From Octopus vulgaris (Eukaryota): a stretch of DNA of 64,000 bases. Shown one piece after another: positions 27,630 to 42,050 of the stretch. The first letter of the stretch is position 1. Every line of letters starts with the position of its first letter. The position numbers were made by a program, and so were the translations under genes. The stretch spans positions 30,752,001 through 30,816,000 of the forward strand of contig OX597815.1 in the NCBI GenBank assembly GCA_951406725.2. The letters run 5' to 3'. Under the pieces are notes generated by a model. That model had not been told where the DNA came from, made no database searches, and worked only from the letters and a program-made list of their open reading frames with translations.

Positions 27630-27821
27630 TGGACCTTCCTACATCGAAATCGACGAGGAAATCTTCTATATACATATTATAATTTTCATACACACATATA
27701 TCCAGACTCAGACTCACACTACACAGACACACCAGACACACATACACATGCATACACACGCACAACTCAGACTCACAGATATACGTAAGTATGCATACAC
27801 ATGAACAAATATATTCACAAA

Positions 27822-28650
27822 CTAGCAGTATTGCCCGGCTCGTGCGCTCGTTCGTTCTATGCACGCACGAATTAAGCTAAACTTGGATGAAGTTCAATTA
27901 AAAATTCAATTATTTTAGTTTTAAAATCGAGCATTTAATGCCCTCTATTTTTGCGCTTACGTGTTCCATTTCCTCAATAGGAAGTACGTAAAAGCGTTTC
28001 ATAAATTTTTGTTGATTAAATAATTGCATTGTTGAATTATTCTTTTAGATCAGTATTTCTCAAAGGGGATTTCAGGGGAGAGTTTCAGGGAGTCGCTGGT
28101 GACGTATCGTGATGATCAAAAATCCGGCCTGCTAAAATTTGGTTAAAGTGATTCAAACTGCAGACTCAACGCAAAATGGTCACATTTAAATCAAAGCGTT
28201 AAAAATGTTATGAAAACAATCGGTATGTGTTCACAAAGTCCAAACGATTAATACGAAAAAACCCTCCAGGCTACGTCCCGAAAATTCTTTTCTTTGCCGA
28301 ATTTCTACAATGTTTACGGCGATTCGTTTTTATATCTTGATTTTTTTTATTTTTCATGCAATTTATGCATGCTTGCACGCGTGGTGAACACAGTTCACGT
28401 CAAACAGCTGGCTGTTTTAAAATTCACTATTCAATGCATGGGATAAGGCCTAAACAAACACATTATCGATTTTTGCACTTGCGAGATGAATTTCGGAACA
28501 TAAATAGCGCAGTTCAATTTTTCATTCGCCTAAACTTTAAGTGACCCATCTTTGGTGGTTTTACGATTTGTTGGCTAAGAGGCGATGTGCCGGGAAGTTA
28601 AATACACAGACACACACAGAGACACAGAAGTTGAGTTTTGTATATATAGA
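27822..28650 (-). mobile_element. Non-autonomous Helitron, second family
   Basis: Minus 5' TCTATATATAC start, 3' CCGGGCAATACTGCTAG|T end; subterminal hairpin degenerate. Confidence 0.65.
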
Positions 28651-28660
28651 TATAAATATA

Positions 28661-28891
28661 AGGCGGCGAGCTGGCAGAAACGTTAGCACACCGGGCGAAA
28701 TGCTTAGCGGTATTGCGTCTGTCGTTGCGTTCTGAGTTCAAATTCCGCCGAGGTCGACTTTGCCTTTCATCCTTTTGGGGTCGATAAATTAAGTACCAGT
28801 TACGCACTGGGGTCGATGTAATCGACTTAATCCATTTGTCTGTCCTTGTTTGTCCCCTCTATGTTTAGCCCCTCGTGGGTAATAAAGAAAC
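28661..28891 (+). mobile_element. SINE family A with 10-bp TSD
   Basis: AGATATAAAT at 28648-28657 and 28892-28901. Confidence 0.92.
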
Positions 28892-29639
28892 AGATATAAA
28901 TCGAGCGTTGTACATTATTATTGAAAGACCACACTTATTCCAAATATGACCTAAGTGCGCACCTATTTAGATTAAATGTTGCTGCTCAGAATTAAGAAAA
29001 TCAAGACTATTTTCAGAATAGCAGTATATCTTTATTTTGACTAATTTTTGTGCTATTGTTCAACAATATAACTGCGTGATATATACAGTTTAAAGAAATA
29101 TATATTATTTGAAAACATGTAAGAGTCTTCTAAATCAACCGTTAACGGGGGAAGTCTATATTTTAGATGTATCGTGCAACTAGTATGGAGAGACAGAAGA
29201 TAAGGAAAATAAGTAAATATATAAAACAGCTTTTGACCTTTTCTCCGGAAATTATAATGCAAGTATGTATCATTGATTTATTTATACTTTTTTACAACGA
29301 GCAATCATACTAATATCTGTTTGAAGAGAAAGCGTGAGCACGCGCGCGCGTGTATAAAATCTGAGAAAGAAAACGAAGAATGAATTTAGTACAACTTTTG
29401 TATTTGTAACAATTGTTTCTGTACCACCCCACTTCTAATTAGATTGCATGTAAATTATTTAGTGTGTGAAATTACGCAATTTGTGGAACTGAATATGCCG
29501 GAGTGGTACTGCATCAAATTTATACTCCTTTGAAGTATGGTGGTGGTAGTGGTTGTCGTGGTGGTCGGAGTTATGATGATGGTGGTGGTCGAGTTGGTGT
29601 ATTATAATGTAGATTTTTTTTGCCCTCTTTTCCAATTTC

Positions 29640-29952
29640 CCAATATTTTGCTGAGAATAAGTTTGTTTTGTCTTGTTTTTGCTCCACCTTCCTCGAACAG
29701 GTTTCAATTATATTCCTTAGTCACACACATAGGTGTAAGTGATATGTCTTATGGTGTTGTGTTGGGGTTTGGGAATTCTGTTTCTGATAATGTTGGGGAT
29801 CTTGTTCCTATTGTAGTCGCTCTTGTTTTTGCTGTTGGTGCTGTTGTTACAGTCTTTCTGACCACTGTTTCTTTTACAGGCGTTTGTCGCTCTCTCTCTG
29901 TCTATCGCTATATCCCTCTCTCCCTCCGTCCCCCTCTCCTTCCCTCCGTTCC

Positions 29953-30008
<56 letters not shown>

Positions 30009-30420
30009 ATCCACCTTTTGTAGTCGCAGATACTGTTTTCACAGCTGTTATGGACTGCTGCTTTTGTTGCTGTGCTTGTTGGTGTTTCTGCTGTTGTCGT
30101 TCTAGCAATGGCATGGACATTCGTAGAGGTCTTTGCTGTGAATAGAAAGCCCTTAGACGGTTTGTGTCACGACATAAGAAATATCTTGGTTGTGTGTCCT
30201 CAAATGTCACAAACAAATGCAAGCCATGCTTTCTTTAGCTGTGCCAAACCAATAATTTTTGGCAGCCTGTGAAGTTGCTATATGTAGCTTCTAGAAATCA
30301 GTAGTCTACTGTCACCTGTTTTGGCAGTACTAATTATGATGTTGTTGATTCTTTAGATCAAAACTACATAGACGTGGAGGGCAGCGCCCAGATTGTTGTT
30401 CTAAACACAAGCTTCTTTCA
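29640..30420 (-). mobile_element. Possible decayed LINE ORF1 (zinc-knuckle relic plus Thr/Gln-rich region)
   Basis: LFVTFEDTQPRYFLCRDTNRLRAFYS resembles V..EG..P.C..C....H....CP with lost Cys/His. Confidence 0.3.
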
Positions 30421-30761
30421 CTGGTCTCTTATCTAAACTTTCGTGTCTTTGATTTCATTATATAAAACAATAGGGAAATTTCAGGAAAGAAAGTAACAAA
30501 AGGCTCAAAACAAGACGGACGTAACCTGTTATTCATGATCCTGAGGAGTATTTTGTCGATATAACAATAATCAACAATCATATCAATAATATGCACTTCT
30601 GCTTCTTTCTGTTCAGTTTCTGTATAACAAATCAGATCAAACGGTTTTGGTCAACCCATATAGTAGAAGACACTTGCCCAAGGAGTTATGCATAAACCTG
30701 AATCATGTGGGTGAGAAGCAAACTTCTTACCACAGAGCAATGTGTGTATTTGTGCGACTGC

Positions 30762-31220
<459 letters not shown>

Positions 31221-31589
31221 ATGTATATATATATATATATGCGACTGTGTGTATTTGTCAATGTAAGTTAGAATTCGTGTATGTGTGTGTATGTGCATGT
31301 TTCTGAGTGTGTCTGAGCGCATGTCTGTGCCTATATTTACATTCACGTTGGCCTAAACAAAACCACCGTTAGTGTTTATATTCCGTAAATTACTGATTCG
31401 ACAAACAGAAGTTTCTAAAATAACATCAGGCGTATTTATATCTACTGAGATGGTAATGATGGTGTAAAAAGCTTAATGGTTCTTGAACTATCATGGATCT
31501 CATCCAGTACACACACAAACACACAGAGAGAAACACACACAACGACACACATTCTTTTATTCTAAGTTTCAGCTCTAAGTCTGTGGCCA

Positions 31590-31621
31590 TATATGTGTGT
31601 GTGTATGTATGCATATATATG

Positions 31622-31687
<66 letters not shown>

Positions 31688-31803
31688 GTATGTATTTATA
31701 TATGTATTTATATATATATATGTGTATATATATACATGCATACTTGTATATATATACATATACATACATATATATATGCATACATGCATTATATGATATA
31801 TAT

Positions 31804-31864
<61 letters not shown>

Positions 31865-31928
31865 TGTACATTGTGTGCGTAAGTGATGTGATTTGTGTGG
31901 GCTTTCCGTGTATTTGAATATACACGAG

Positions 31929-31962
<34 letters not shown>
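31590..31962. repeat. (TA)n-rich complex tract and (GA)n
   Basis: Direct reading. Confidence 0.93.
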
Positions 31963-31966
<4 letters not shown>

Positions 31967-32581
31967 AAAGAAAGAGATAGAGAAAGAAAAAACGCAGTGG
32001 GAGAGGGAGAGATAGGGATAACGAGAGAGCGGGTTAAAAGGAATGAATTTAGAAACCCAGTTCGAAGTACTTATCACATGAATTCACCGTTTTGTTTACT
32101 TTTAAAAACGTTCCACTAATTCTTACTACAGATCAAAAGTCGCAGGAGGGAAAATTAGATTTGGAGAGTGAAAAGAGGAATTCACAGTGAGAATTAATTA
32201 CTTTGTGGTGGGGTCACAGAGTTCGTAGTACTTTCCCTCTATAAATTTGGGTGGATTATATGTTGCAGTGGAGCCATAAAGAGCAAAAATAAGTAAGTAG
32301 GATACAAAGTTCTGGCGCATCTATCAATTAAGCTGTTTTCAATGTAAGTAAATTATTAATTAAAAACTCTAATAAAAACACATGCAGGCAAAGATGCACA
32401 TATAGACACATACACATCTAGACATCTCACGGGAATATATATTTACATAACTATTGGCATATATACGAACACATGCATACATCCACCAACATATACAACC
32501 AACGATATTTGCGCATGTATGTATATACGTATGTACGCACATATGTATATAGCTACATACATACATCATACATATAAATGC

Positions 32582-32640
<59 letters not shown>

Positions 32641-32662
32641 GTGACAATTATTCGGTAGCCAT

Positions 32663-32723
32663 GATAAAACTCCGAGTTTCGGATGCCGAGATGGAAATCC
32701 ACGCCGCTATCTCTTCAGATATC
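32663..32723 (-). ncRNA. Degenerate minimal hammerhead motif in a Penelope-pLTR-like short repeat
   Basis: Minus GATAT-CTGAAGA-[stem II imperfect]-GAAA-CTCGGAG-TT-TTATC; core intact, stems I and II imperfect. Confidence 0.4.
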
Positions 32724-33079
32724 CGGCCATCGGAAAAATACTATGAAAAATGACCGTTATAGAAAGGGAAATTACTGTGTGATTGACCGTTATTAAGATA
32801 AAAGAGCTATTTGAATGACCGCTAGGTGAAGGGAGGGAGTAAAAGTAAGGGGGTAAAAATGTTCATAGTATTCGCGTAAGCACCCATGTTCATACCTATA
32901 CATGCGCGCCCGCACATCCACGTGCATGCGCCTAAAAATACACTCATCCACCCTCACTTGAAATGTATAGCAGACCCACGAAAAGAATAATGGTTATGAC
33001 TTGAATGACTTTTATCATAGCTATGCTCGATCAGAGTTGACCTTAAGTTAAACTAAAGTAGTAACAGCAGCATCAGCAT

Positions 33080-33390
33080 ACCTAAAGCTCCACGGGGCTC
33101 CGGCAGGAGGTTGGTGGCGAACCCTGTTGTGCTCTTTCGCTCCAACTTTCTTCCTGTTTCTTGTCCCCGACTTCCTACGCAACCGCTGAGCAAGGATGTG
33201 CATTCATCCATCCGTCGATGCTCTCAGTGTCGGGGGTTGACCTGCTTTCTCTTCTGCGGGTCTTCCGAATAGCAAAGGACCACGTTTCGGTCTTCTCCCA
33301 TCTTGTGAGCTCTGGAACGAAGACCGTTCGCTCAACAGCAACAGCACAACAGCAGCAGCATCAGCAACAACAACAACAACAACCACAATA
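33080..33390 (+). mobile_element. Headless SINE with a family B body, a different 3' tail and a (CAG/CAA)n end
   Basis: ACCTAAAGCTCCACGGGGCTCCGGCAGG matches family B; sequence after CTTCCTGTTTCT is unrelated to the family B tail. Confidence 0.7.
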
Positions 33391-34834
33391 ACAGAAGAAG
33401 CAGCAACATTAACAAAGACAATAGTAATAGCAAACTCATTAAAATAGGTTGCAGAAAGATAGAATTGGAATTAATTTAATATTAAACATCATATTTCTAT
33501 TTTCGTTACCGGTTTCACTTTTCAGACGCAAGCAGGAAGCGAGTGGGTGGCACTTGGATTTTTAAAAAAATGTTTCAATGTCAGCTATGTTGTTTGCTTC
33601 TGAAATCACAACTCGGTTGTAAGATGATCTCCAGTAAAATATATCAGACTACGAAACAAAATATTAAAACCAGTTTTCAAAAGACTATCAATGTTAAAGA
33701 TACAACGTATTTTCAAAGATCAAACAACCATTAATAAAATCTTTCAGTTCATAACAGCAAACAGAAGATACAACAGCAAAAATATTTAATTCTATTTTTT
33801 CTCGTTTTATTAAATATTATTGGTTGTGTATTTATATACCTTTTTGAAGTTTTCCGTGGCCTTCTTGCTAAACACAGACATTTAAATTAAATAAAATATA
33901 AATACAGTGACCTGACCAGCAATATTCACAAAATGACTCTTTAGACTACTGTTTTACAGAGACAAGAGTAGTTTGAGATAAAAATAGTATGGTATGATGA
34001 TTGATACTTAATAAGAAACGGGGTGCGAATAGAGAATATTTTGTATATTATATAGTTGTTTGGCATTAGATGTTGGCTTCCCCAGCCTTAGATGGCAGTG
34101 TTTCTATTGTCTTCAGATAATAACATTGCTGTTACTCTCTGGGCGTTAAACAACGACAATATTAAATTAGCTTTGCTCATTCTACCTTTGTATCTATTGC
34201 TGCAATTTCTATCACTTTACGTAGAAAATGATTGCCTTTGAATTCCAGAATAACATTTCCTCCATCTAGGGTTCAGTATTTTTAGCTCCTGCATATAAAT
34301 TAATTTGTAGTTGAAAGCAGCAAACCAAACCGTTTGCTCAATGTGTTTAAAAGCTGCAGGGACGTATTGTTATTTGTCATCCTTAAGTTGTAAATAAAAG
34401 AAAAACAGTGACGAAGCGTTCACGTTAATTGTGCAATGAAATCATATGAAACTTGTGAAAAGAGATCCAAAAAGTTCATACTCTTTTACACGAGAAAAAT
34501 TTACAATATTTTCTCCAATGTTTACTAATATCTAGCGGAAGTATAGGAGCTATATTTCTACTTTTCTTCCTCTGGTAAATGAGTTAAAACTCTAAGTGAC
34601 AGGAGCTCAATGGCTAAATCACCAAACCGATACCCAGATAGACGCTGAAGGCATACAATGTCCTGTTAGCAAAAATATTCACTTTTATGTTGTGATTATG
34701 TTGTGTAAAACAAGCGAGATCTTCTTTGGATGTTTGAATTCCCCATCAATTCACTGTGCTGAAACAACATTTTATAACAACCAAGAATGATAAGCTTCTA
34801 ATATTCGTCTCAAAGTTTGGCAGTATTTCGGGGT

Positions 34835-35400
34835 AGTGGTTAAGTCGATTACATCAACTTCAACGCTCAACTAGTACTTATTTTATCGACCTCGGAAGGA
34901 TGAAAAGAAACTTCAGCTTCGGCGGAATTTGAGCTCAAATCACGAATACGGACGTGCTAACGATTCTGCCAGCTTGCTTGACAAGCTCCGATAATGGTTT
35001 CAAATTTTGGCACACGGCCAGAAGCTTTGTGGAAGGGAATAAGTCGATTACATATACATATTTCTTTACTACGCACAAGGGGCTAAACAGAGAGGGGACA
35101 AACAAGGATATACAAACGGATTAAGTCGATTACATCGACCCCAGTGCGTAACTGGTACTTAATTAATCGCCCCCGAAAGGATGAAAGGCAAGGTCGACCT
35201 CGGCGGAATTTGAACTCAGAACGTAACCAAAGACGAAATACGGCTACGTATTTCGCCCGGCGTGCTAACGTTTCTGCCAGCTCGCCGCCTTACATATACC
35301 CCAGTGCTCAAACGGTACTTAGTTTATCGACACCGAAAGAATGAAATGTAAAGATGACCTTGACCTTGAGAACTGAGTCGATGTAATTGACTGACCTTCT
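34835..35400 (-). mobile_element. Cluster of SINE A copies; young copy 35061-35290 nested in an older one
   Basis: TTACATATAC duplicated on both sides of the young copy; older-copy sequence resumes after it. Confidence 0.85.
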
Positions 35401-37327
35401 CCCAGAAAGGGCTGTACCTGTGACAAAAGTTGAAACAAATATTACAAATATGCCGAAGGAAGCGAGTTGGCAGAATCGTTACTACACCGAGAAAAGATAA
35501 AGTCGAACTCAGCAACATTCGAACATGTCAGCGTTAGCAAGTTGCTCGTGAAGCTTCGCTGGCTGTATCTGGGCATTCAATTATGAATCAAAATTTTTTG
35601 GAAGAACTAATATATTCAGTTTATTGGTTTACTATTCCTATTCTCCTTAGTATTTTCCAATTTTACTTGGTAAAGTGCGATGTGTAGTAGGTAATGCAGC
35701 TACATATACTTATCATGTTCATCTATATTTGCTTTAATAAATACAGCACGACAGATAATATCATAGGCGATCTCTCTTGCCCCTTTTATATGTTTTCAAG
35801 CTGAGAAATGCGAAAACATCCTCTCAGATACACATAAAATTCTATTAGCAGGCAACGGAGAACATATTGACCCATCATGATGCTTTGTGAAGTAGTAAAG
35901 TGTGTCGTATCATTACATAGACTACATCAGGTAATAAAATCTGTTGATATCAGTAATTGGTATTCTCTTCTCTCTAAAGAAGCCTAATCTACGAGATTCA
36001 CTTTCTACAGAAAGCATCTCAACCAACAGATTATTTACTGTATTGACATTTGATAGACGTTTAATATACATTCGAAACAATACAGAGAGATCTTCTCAGA
36101 TTTTTCCGCTCTAATCATAGCTCTACTATAAATGTGATTTTTGTATACTGTATACATGTATACACATATATTTTTATTTCAAACATCTGTTTATGCATCA
36201 AAGAACTCCTGAAGTGGTAAATATTGTCGTATTACTAATTTTAGTTCTACATTTTATGAATAATATGATATAGAATTATATCATATGTATGAAGACCTAA
36301 TAGATACAAGCAGTAGAGTACTGTACACGATCCTTTTCAATTCTGTTTTCAGTTTAGATATTGCTTATCTTGTCTTAACCCTATCACACTACTGGTGTCT
36401 GTATTATTAAAGCAATTACCAACGTATGTAATAGGATCACTTCAGTAGACTATATATCTTCTTTCAAATTTCTGAATTATATTCAATAAGAAGATTGCTA
36501 TTAATCTATATTCACTAAATCCATTTTATTTGTATTATATTATCATTTTGTTAAATGTACGTAATTATCATATATCATCTATTAACTTAGTACATTATTT
36601 GGAGGTAACTGTCAAGAGAATGTGCCTAAACATCTTGTCCTATTTTCTAGAGTCGAACTTATGTTTAATCCTTCTGGAACTGAAAATAAATAATACCGGT
36701 AATATACGGGAGTCATTCCAATCTATTATATCCCTATCATATAACTCTGACTTGGAAAAATGTTAGATATGTTTTGTCGATTTAAAATACATCGTTTTTG
36801 CAGATGAGGCTTCAGTGTACAGAGAACATGCGGTGACAAATTCTCTTCATTTGAAATTGCAATTCTACATTTTTTGCAGATTCCCTGCCCATCTGTTCGT
36901 AGTTATAGACACAGTTTGCACAGCAAGTGGAAAGTACACAATAGCGTGAAATGAGGCAAAACACCCAAAGCAAAAGTGGTAAAGATGGCCGTGGTGTTGA
37001 GACGTTCAACTTCCAGCAAAGTTTTTGGTCCCACTGTACATCTCACTGCAGTGTCAACTATAGATTCCAGTTATGAAGGGACTCTGTGTGCGGAACCCCA
37101 CCTTATATAGGTGTGTACGTATGTATGCTTGTATGTTATGTATGAATATTATGTATGCATCTAAGCATGTATATTATGTATAAAATATTTGTGTATGTGT
37201 ATATATATGGATAATTGCATGTATACATGAATGTGCATATATAAACACTAACACATATATACATATATGTATATGTATATGTATATGCATATACATATAC
37301 ATATATACATATACACATATTTGTATA

Positions 37328-37672
37328 TTTTTAAGTATATAATTATAAAAATATAAATTATAATTAAGGGCACTGGAGGGCCAACGTCAATACGCTAGAA
37401 GTAGATACCAAATGTCTACAAACAACTCTAAGTTTGTTCTCTTTTTAACACAAGGCTGAATGCGGGGGGAAGGGACAAGAAAATTTATAAAATTACGGAT
37501 AACTCTATATCTTAAGATTTCGTGTTTGTAATAAAAATGACTTGAGACTCTTCAGTAGAAGTAACTAACCTAGAGTGGTTTGTAGACATTTGACATCTAC
37601 TTCTAGCGTATTGGCGTTGGCCCTCCAGCCCCCTTAATTATAATTATATTTATATAATTATATACTTAAAAA
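37328..37672. repeat. Inverted repeat (arms ~37328-37438 and ~37563-37672) at the 3' end of a Penelope-like element
   Basis: Arms are reverse complements with a few mismatches. Confidence 0.92.
37503..37560 (-). ncRNA. Type-I hammerhead ribozyme motif with intact core
   Basis: Minus TTCTA-CTGAAGA-GTCT...ACAC-GAAA-TCTTAAGA-TA-TAGAG: 5-bp stem I, palindromic stem III ATCTTAAGAT, one mismatch in stem II. Confidence 0.72.
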
Positions 37673-37749
37673 TTAATTCTACCGATAAGGTGGTTTTTAT
37701 ACGCTAGCCACTGATATAACCATTTTAATGATTATATCCTCAATTCCTA

Positions 37750-38950
37750 TATCTGTTGACAGGTTCATTTGATATAGTGTGTTGTACAGGATTAGAACAA
37801 GCAGATGAATTACTATGTCGCATGTGTCTATGAGTTTTCTCCGGTAGATCATTGACATGGCCAATTCTTTCTGGACTGTATTCTTTATCCGAATGATTTC
37901 TCAAACGGTAACGTTGAGGTAGTATACGATGTGTATCACAGTTGTAGGAATTACCAGTGTTGCTTAAGCCTGCATCTTGTATATATTGAATTCTATCACG
38001 GTACCCAGCCTTAGCCAGAGCATCATTCTAATAAGATGCATGAGATTCGAAAATTTTACTGGTAGCAGATAATCTAGAAATTCGAGTAGAAAGATCCTTA
38101 ACTATTCCCCGTAAAATTGAGGGTGGATGGTTGGATGCTATGTTAATGTACTTAATATGATCAGTCGGTTTATAAAATGGTTAAAATAATCCAGTATCAA
38201 GACAGAAGGTAGCGTTAAGAAAATTCACCCTTACCTATAGTAATCCTTACCTATAGTAATGTTTCGTGCTAAATATTTGAAAAGCCTAAAGAAACTTTTC
38301 CTATGCCTTTCTAACTGTACTTTTACTATTCTGTCTAGAAAAATAAGGCGTCATGCCTATATAGACCCCACTGTTACGTCAGGAAAGGAATACTGGATTA
38401 ATGGAAGGATATATATTTCAACTAGGTCACTTGCCTGAGCAGAATCGTGTGAGCCCATTACTGTATCAAATGCATTTTCCTTATCTAATCTACTCCATAA
38501 TGTACCATCAAAATCTAGTGGCTCGCGCGGCAAGAACAATATCTATTTCGCGTCGGGACAAATCGGAATATTTCATGCTAAACAAATCAGGACTTGACTA
38601 AGAATGATCGGGTTGATAGTGGCATAGTAGCTCTCTATATCCAGTTGCAAGAATTTATTAGTCTTATTGATTTCTAGAAGCTTGAGCCACCCAACCACTT
38701 CTTGGGTATCAGACCAGGGGGGTAATCTAATTTTAGTCTTAAGGACGGGTATTCCTCTGTTAATGATATTTTTACTAATAATGCCAATATCGGAATTAGA
38801 AGTTTTGTCCGCTGGTACAAGTTTCCCTGGAGCTTTCTTCAAGTCGATAAGTAATTTCCTGATTTTCTGGTGATGTACATTACACCTTCTAGGGTACTTC
38901 CTGAACTTAACGTTCTTGACAATACTATATAATTCCTATTCAAATCTGGT
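37750..38950 (-). mobile_element. Penelope-like element RT pseudogene
   Basis: PADKTSN, LQLDIESYY, FDTVMGSHDSA, GLYRHD, VNFLNATFCL, YINIASNHPPSIL. Confidence 0.88.
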
Positions 38951-38958
38951 TATGTGTA

Positions 38959-38991
<33 letters not shown>

Positions 38992-39015
38992 CTGTGCGTG
39001 TGAGTATATATAACC

Positions 39016-39290
39016 GCAGGCGTTGTGTGGTCAGAAATTTGCTTCCTAGCTATGTCACATTGGGCAAGTGTATTCTACTATAGATTTGAGCCGACTTGAG
39101 CCTTGTGAGTGGATTTAGTAAAGAAAACTGAAAGAAGCCCATCAATATATATGTATGGTTGTGTTTGCCCCCCGCTTATGGCATGTTTGTGTCGCCGTAA
39201 ATTAGTGGTTCGGAAAAAAGAGACCGATAAAATATGTACCAGGCTTAAATAGAAAATAAGTACTGGGCTCGATTACATTCCACTAACATT
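39016..39290 (+). mobile_element. Diverged SINE family E
   Basis: TTGGGCAAGTGTATTCTACTATAG..GCCTTGTGAGTGGATTT..GAAAGAAGCCC. Confidence 0.7.
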
Positions 39291-39319
39291 CCTCTAATGA
39301 CTGGAAAGAGATTAAAGGA

Positions 39320-39320
<1 letters not shown>

Positions 39321-39393
<73 letters not shown>

Positions 39394-39396
39394 TTA

Positions 39397-39462
<66 letters not shown>
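39321..39462. repeat. (TCTA)n-(TC)n-(TA)n compound microsatellite
   Basis: Direct reading. Confidence 0.95.
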
Positions 39463-39464
<2 letters not shown>

Positions 39465-39892
39465 AAACTCCAATATCTACAGGGTGTTTGGAACCTTGGC
39501 GGTGCATCAAATTTTAATCTCCCTCGACAATCTGAATGTCAGATATACATAAAACCAGATAATGAGCCCTTGGAAACCTAGAACCAACATCATCACTTTC
39601 TCACATTGCGAATAAAAAATACTTTGATAAATAATGGTGATGAAGCAGTTCAATCATTTTATGCTTTTATTTCTTTTAAGAGGAAATGATGTTTGATCTG
39701 AGTTGTTCGTTGTGTTGAAGAGTTGAAGAGCTTTGAAGTTTCTAAACGAAATATATTTGTATCAACATTTAAAACATTATGTTTAATCATAAAATGATGC
39801 CAATTCGGATACATATGCAATTCCAAAGTATATTTTTGCCATTATACTGTAAATTTGTTACTTTAATTAAATTATTTGTGTAAGGCAAAATT

Positions 39893-40088
39893 ACCGTATT
39901 TTGTAGCATATATGATGCAATTTTTTTTCCCAAATAATGTCTCAAAATTTCACCCCTGTTTTTATTTGAGAAGTTGGGTTTATATTACATGTGTTTTAAT
40001 GCTCTAAAAACTTTTTGTCGTGAATACGAGCTACTAAACTAGGCCTGCATCTAATATAGCCATACGTCTGAAATGATATCAAATACAA
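39893..40088. mobile_element. Possible decayed pogo/Tigger-type MITE
   Basis: Begins TACCGTATTTTGTAGCATATATGATGCA; right end only weakly complementary. Confidence 0.3.
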
Positions 40089-42038
40089 TTGTTTTTTAAG
40101 GATTGAACTCAGAACCCGGAGAACCGACACTGAATATTCTCATGCATTAAGTCAGAGACACTCTTTTTTTCTTCAGTTTATTTTACCGCCATGAATTAAT
40201 GAAAAAATATTTCAAGGAGACAGAAAGCGAGGGTGGGGAATTGTATTCACGGGAAGAAAGAATGGATGACATTTAAGGGCTTCTCCTCGAATGCATATGG
40301 CTTTTCTTTCAACACGCACGCACACAGACACATATACACACACACACACAATATATATATATATATATATACGAGAGGGGAGAAATAGAGAGAGTGAGAG
40401 GGAGAGGCTGACATTATGACTAAGGGTGTTCTAGCGTCTTTTATCACACGCGTTCATAAGTTAGAAGCGCCCTTCTTTGGAGGGGCAGTCAAAACAATTC
40501 AAATACATTTCTACTGTCGTTGGTTTTGAGGTTGGTATTTTTGGCGTTTTTTAGATACTTATTTTCTTATTAGTTTGTATGTAGGCAACGACTCTAGCGT
40601 CAATTTGTCACCTCTTGCTTTCTGCTTTGCGTAGTTTCCCATATGTGTCAGAAAGGAAAACAAAAATTATGATTAAGGGAAGAAAAAAAGAAAAGAAATA
40701 ATGAAAACCCATTCTGAGTCACAGATAGACAAACTGATATACACATATACACGCTTATATAGTGTGTGTATATACACATAAAAATATACATACATACACA
40801 TATTAATCTTAAAGACACCGCACACTATCTAAATGCCGAGATAATAAATATTGTGGGTGTGTGTTTGTGTGAGAAAGGGAGAGACGGCGGACAGAGAAAG
40901 AAAGAGAGAGTGATCAGAGAGAGACACAGACAGAGAGAGATTTGTGTGTTTTTTTTTACTTCAAAGTAACCATGTCCTACTTGGCTGAGTTTTGTAAATT
41001 TCATGTTTTGTTTTTATCTTATTATTATTTTCTTTGGGAAAACGAAGAGTTTTAAGTCAGTAAAAAAACAACAGGGGCCACAAACATACAATATTGGGAA
41101 TATTCAACAACATGAAATCCCCTACCACATCTTTTTAAAGTCGTATGTTTGTTTTTATATCTACACATGTGTGTGTAAGTAAGCGTGTGTATATGTTTCT
41201 AATTTTAGAGTTTTGTAACTCAAGACCCACTGTTGTTTTATTCTTTCATTATATCTGCGTAGTAATTCAATACAGCATTGTGAAGTAACATTTAGTGCAA
41301 AGAATAACACAGTCTTCATAATGGCATGGCATGGCCCACATATGTTATTTTAGAGATACTTATGGTTGCAAAAATGTTCCCATGCAAAAAATAAACAACT
41401 AAATAAATAAATAAACAAATTATTAATATTCATTTGAATCAAGAAGTCGTACAAGTCATTAATTATTTTAATGAGATAACTGGATAAATAAAATAGTGTT
41501 CATTTTCTTTGTCCAAAATATGTTTTTTTTTTTTTATAGTGTTAGACAATAAGGAAGCGTAGCAATAGCTACTGATTTTCGGGTTCTTCACATAGGGTAA
41601 AGAGGTCAGCTCGATGAATTTGACCCTTCAATCTTTTACTTGCTTCAGAATTGGACTGCAGTCATGTTATAAAGTCATCCCAGATAAAATTCATATATTA
41701 TAAATAAGGAGCATGATATTTTTGTTTCAAAAAGCAACAAGATATGTAGTTTGATATAATAGTAAAACGCTATTGTCTCTAATATTTTTCAACTATAGGA
41801 TTGAAATGTTTTAGTTACGGGAGCTAGCCTATTAGTTCGTTCCCAGTTGGCCCTTATTTCATCAACCCCGAAATGGTGAAAGGTAAAGTCGACCTCGGCG
41901 GAATTTGATCTCAGCGTTTTACTATTATATCAAACTACATATCTTGTTTGCTTTTTGAAATATCAGTAGGATTCCAAAATCGAAGAGCGGAATTAAAAAC
42001 AATTACTTTCGTGTTACTTCTTTCTGGAATTGAAAGCC

Positions 42039-42050
42039 GTTGCTAGCAAC
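42039..42050. promoter_or_regulatory. Perfect palindromic X-box (RFX)-like motif GTTGCTAGCAAC
   Basis: Fits GTNRCN-N0-RGYAAC in non-repetitive sequence. Confidence 0.25.

Noticed and set aside
29537-30145. 202-aa hydrophobic plus-strand ORF
   Set aside because: Runs through GGT/GTT and TATC repeats; antisense of low-complexity sequence.
36790-37110. Two TTTTTGCAG acceptors with short frames (IVFADEA)
   Set aside because: Frames close quickly; cannot separate exon from transposon relic.
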